From Escherichia coli (GTDB lineage: Bacteria; Pseudomonadota; Gammaproteobacteria; Enterobacterales; Enterobacteriaceae): a stretch of DNA of 64,000 nt. How positions within the stretch are numbered: position 1 is the first letter of the stretch; each line of letters starts with the position of its first letter. This document shows positions 60,861 through 64,000 of the stretch, in pieces. Below the pieces are notes generated by a model. The model was not told the DNA's origin, searched no databases, and was given only the letters and a program-made list of their open reading frames with translations. Position numbers and translations under genes: made by a program. Location of the stretch: the NCBI RefSeq assembly GCF_003334255.1, contig NZ_QOWU01000002.1; one strand, 5' to 3'.

Positions 60861-61832
60861 TTACGGCAGAATTGACGGCTGATCCGCCCCTTCTTTTTCC
60901 ACTTTCTGCTGCAACATGTGTTCGCGCTTCATACCCAGTTTCAGAGCCAACGCAGATGCCACATAGATGGAAGATGCAGTACCGATGGAAACACCGATAA
61001 GCATGGTCAGCGAGAAGCCTTCCAGTACCGGACCACCGAAGAGGTACAGCATCAGGATAACCATCAAGGTAGTACCGGATGTGATCAAGGTACGGTGCAG
61101 CGTCTGGGTCAAGGACACGTTAAAGATTTCGTAAGGCGTACCGCGACGGATCTTGCGGAAGTTTTCACGAATACGGTCCGATACCACGATACTGTCGTTA
61201 AGCGAGTAACCGATAACCGACATCAACGATGCCACAATGGTCAGGTCAATCTCGATATGGAATAACGACAAAATACCCAGCGTAATGATAACGTCGTGCG
61301 CCAGCGCAATAACCACCCCTGCCGCCAGTCGCCACTCAAAGCGGAAACCTACGTACACGAGGATAGACAGCAGCGCTGCCATCAACGCCATCGCACCGGT
61401 TTGCGCAAGGTCTGCCCCCACGCTCGGACCGACGAACTCAATACGCTTCACTGCTGCATTCTGATTGGTGGATTCGTTAATCACCTTCAGAACCTGGCTG
61501 CCCAACACCTGACCGCCGGTTTCGCCTTCAGCAGGCGGCATACGGACCATGATGTCATGGCTGCTACCAAAGTTTTGCAGCATCGGCTCTTCAAAACCGG
61601 CTTTTTGCAATGCATCACGCATTACGTCAATTTCAGCCGGTTTTTCGAGCGTAATTTCAATAACCGTACCACCGGTGAAATCCAGCCCCCAGTTAAAGCC
61701 GCGCACGCCCATAATAACGATAGCAGCGATTAACAGCAGACCAGAGATGCCGAAAGCCCAGTAGTCCCAGCGCATAAAGTCATAGACTTTACGGCCGTGG
61801 TTTAGTTGTTCAACAGTATATTCCTGTGCCAC
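60861..61832 (-). CDS. secF: Protein translocase subunit SecF
   Basis: 323-aa protein; GTG start at 61832 ([15 protein letters not shown]); ORF track extends 15 codons upstream; 10-nt gap after secD. Confidence 0.93.
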
Positions 61833-61842
61833 ATCGCACTCC

Positions 61843-63690
61843 TCAGATTGACAGCTTCTTGACGCGCTTGCCGCCATATAGCAGGTTTACGATGGCACGC
61901 GTACCGACAATCGCGGTAAACATCGACGTCGCCACACCGATACCGGTAGTAATCGCGAACCCTTTAATTGCCCCGGTACCCACTGCGTACAGGATGATGA
62001 CTTTAATCAGCGTGGTGATGTTCGCATCGAAGATAGAACTGAATGCGCCACGATAACCTTCATCAATTGCCTGTTGAACAGTACGTCCGTTGCTCAACTC
62101 TTCTTTAATACGTTCGTTGATCAGTACGTTCGCATCGACCGCCACCGCAAGGGTTAAGACGATACCCGCGATACCTGGCATACTCAGCGTTGCGCCTGGC
62201 AACAGCGACATAATGCCGACGATTAAGATCAAGTTGGCAATCAGAGCACTGGTCGCAATCAGACCAAACTTCTTATAGAAGATGATCATGAACAGAATAG
62301 AAACCAGCAGACCGGCAAGGCAAGCCTCCAGCCCCTGTTCAATGTTCTGCATACCCAGGGTTGGGCCAATGGTACGTTCTTCAACAATCTGAATCGGCGC
62401 GATCAACGCACCGGCACGCAGCAGCAGTGACAGCTGACGGGCTTCGTTCGGGTTGTTGATGCCGGTGATACGGAAGCTGTTACCCAGACGAGACTGGATG
62501 TTGGCGATGTTAATCACCTCTTCCTGTTTCACCAGAACCGCACGACCATTTGCATCTTTCTTACCGCTGTCTTTGTACTCCACAAACAGGGTTGCCATCG
62601 GTTTGCCGATGTTGTCCTTAGTGAAGTTAGACATGATGTTACCACCAGCGCTATCGAGCGAGATGTTAACCTGCGGTTGGTTGTATTCGTCCTGGCTGGA
62701 AGTGGAGTCGGTGATATGGTCACCGGTCAGAATTACGCGTTTGTACAGCACAACTGGCTGACCTTCGCGGGTCTGTTTCACTTCAGAGTCGCCCGGTACG
62801 CGACCGGATGCCGCAGCGGCCTGGTCAACGTTGGTGTTTACCAGACGGAATTCCAGCGTTGCCGTCGCACCCAGAATCTCTTTCGCACGCGCAGTGTCCT
62901 GAATACCTGGCAGTTCAACAACGATACGGTCAGCACCCTGACGCTGAACCACCGGCTCCGCCACGCCAAGTTGGTTTACACGGTTACGCAGGATATTAAT
63001 GTTCTGCTGCACCGCATATTCACGCGCTTCACTCAGACGAGCATCGCTCATTACCGCACGCAGCTGGTTGCTGCCCTGGCTGCTAATCACCAGGTCCGGA
63101 TGGCGCTTGCTCAGATACGCAATGGCTTCATCACGAGCTTTAGCATCGCGGAAAGTGATGCTCAGGCCGTAGTTGTTTTCTTTACGAACAGTGGTATACG
63201 GGATGCCCTTTTCGCGCAGGTCACTGCGTAGGCTATCGATATTTTGTTCCTGGAGTTTGCCAAGCGCGGTGTCCATATCCACTTCCATCAGGAAGTGAAC
63301 GCCGCCACGCAGGTCAAGGCCGAGCTTCATCGGCTCAGCGTGAATAGCTGCCAGCCAGCGCGGCGTTGCCGGGGCAAGGTTAAGCGCCACGACGTATTTG
63401 TCACCCATAACGCCCATTAATGCTTCACGAGCGCGCAACTGGGTGTCAGTGGAGTCGAAGCGCGCAAGAATAGCGCCCTCTTCCAGTGCCACAGACTTAG
63501 CAGTTATTTTTTCTTCTTGTAACGTTTTCTGGACCTGGATCAGCGTTTGCTCACTGGCGGCGACTCCGCGCGCACCAGTGATCTGAACAGCCGGATCCTC
63601 ACCAAACAGGTTGGGAAGCGCATACAGCAGACCGATGACAATCACCACGATCAGCATGACGTACTTCCACAAAGGATAACGGTTTAACAC
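61843..63690 (-). CDS. secD: Protein translocase subunit SecD
   Basis: 615-aa ORF; matches SecD. Confidence 0.96.
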   Translation of the reverse strand: MLNRYPLWKYVMLIVVIVIGLLYALPNLFGEDPAVQITGARGVAASEQTLIQVQKTLQEEKITAKSVALEEGAILARFDSTDTQLRAREALMGVMGDKYVVALNLAPATPRWLAAIHAEPMKLGLDLRGGVHFLMEVDMDTALGKLQEQNIDSLRSDLREKGIPYTTVRKENNYGLSITFRDAKARDEAIAYLSKRHPDLVISSQGSNQLRAVMSDARLSEAREYAVQQNINILRNRVNQLGVAEPVVQRQGADRIVVELPGIQDTARAKEILGATATLEFRLVNTNVDQAAAASGRVPGDSEVKQTREGQPVVLYKRVILTGDHITDSTSSQDEYNQPQVNISLDSAGGNIMSNFTKDNIGKPMATLFVEYKDSGKKDANGRAVLVKQEEVINIANIQSRLGNSFRITGINNPNEARQLSLLLRAGALIAPIQIVEERTIGPTLGMQNIEQGLEACLAGLLVSILFMIIFYKKFGLIATSALIANLILIVGIMSLLPGATLSMPGIAGIVLTLAVAVDANVLINERIKEELSNGRTVQQAIDEGYRGAFSSIFDANITTLIKVIILYAVGTGAIKGFAITTGIGVATSMFTAIVGTRAIVNLLYGGKRVKKLSI

Positions 63691-63717
63691 GGCAATTCCC
63701 TTAGGGAAAAATTTTAA

Positions 63718-64000
63718 TTACAGCGCCTTCATGGTGCCTTTCGGCAGGACGGCAGCTACGAAGTCACGTTTAATAACTACTTCAGTGGTGTCATTCAGCG
63801 CGATAGCAATGTAGCCGTTTTCCGCTACTTTGGTTACGCGACCAACCAGGCCACCGTTCGTCAGAACTTCATCACCTTTGGCAATGGAGTCCATCAGCTT
63901 TTTGTGTTCTTTGGTGCGCTTCTGCTGTGGACGCAGGATCATGAAATAGAAAATCAGACCGAATACCACCAGCATCAAAATCAAAGACATCGGGCTACCT
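63718..64000 (-). CDS. yajC: Sec translocon accessory protein YajC (5' end cut by window edge)
   Basis: Translation ...GSPMSLILMLVVFGLIFYFMILRPQQKRTK... matches the C-terminal part of YajC; the N-terminal codons lie beyond position 64000. Confidence 0.9.
   Translation of the reverse strand, partial: GSPMSLILMLVVFGLIFYFMILRPQQKRTKEHKKLMDSIAKGDEVLTNGGLVGRVTKVAENGYIAIALNDTTEVVIKRDFVAAVLPKGTMKAL

Overview
This window reads as the reverse complement of a well-known Escherichia coli K-12-type core chromosome segment, running from ybaN/priC/mscK/acrRAB through to secDF/yajC. I found no novel system: there is no mobile element, CRISPR array, prophage or accessory island, and all 56 genes are accounted for with no unexplained gap. 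The one genuine anomaly is a 1-bp deletion in a G-run at 7001..7005 that frameshifts acrB after about 22 codons, which would inactivate the AcrB RND efflux pump unless it is a homopolymer sequencing error. Every other ORF has the length I recall for its K-12 protein, and the gene spacings agree with K-12 except for that single base. This identification rests on reading the translations and synteny from memory, not on any database search or alignment. Other features supported directly by the sequence are the 4.5S RNA gene ffs, the AcrR operator palindrome and a marbox-like site, a sigma-54 promoter with an NtrC-like palindrome upstream of glnK-amtB, sigma-32-type promoters upstream of lon and clpP, several REP/BIME palindromic repeats, and a number of intrinsic terminators.
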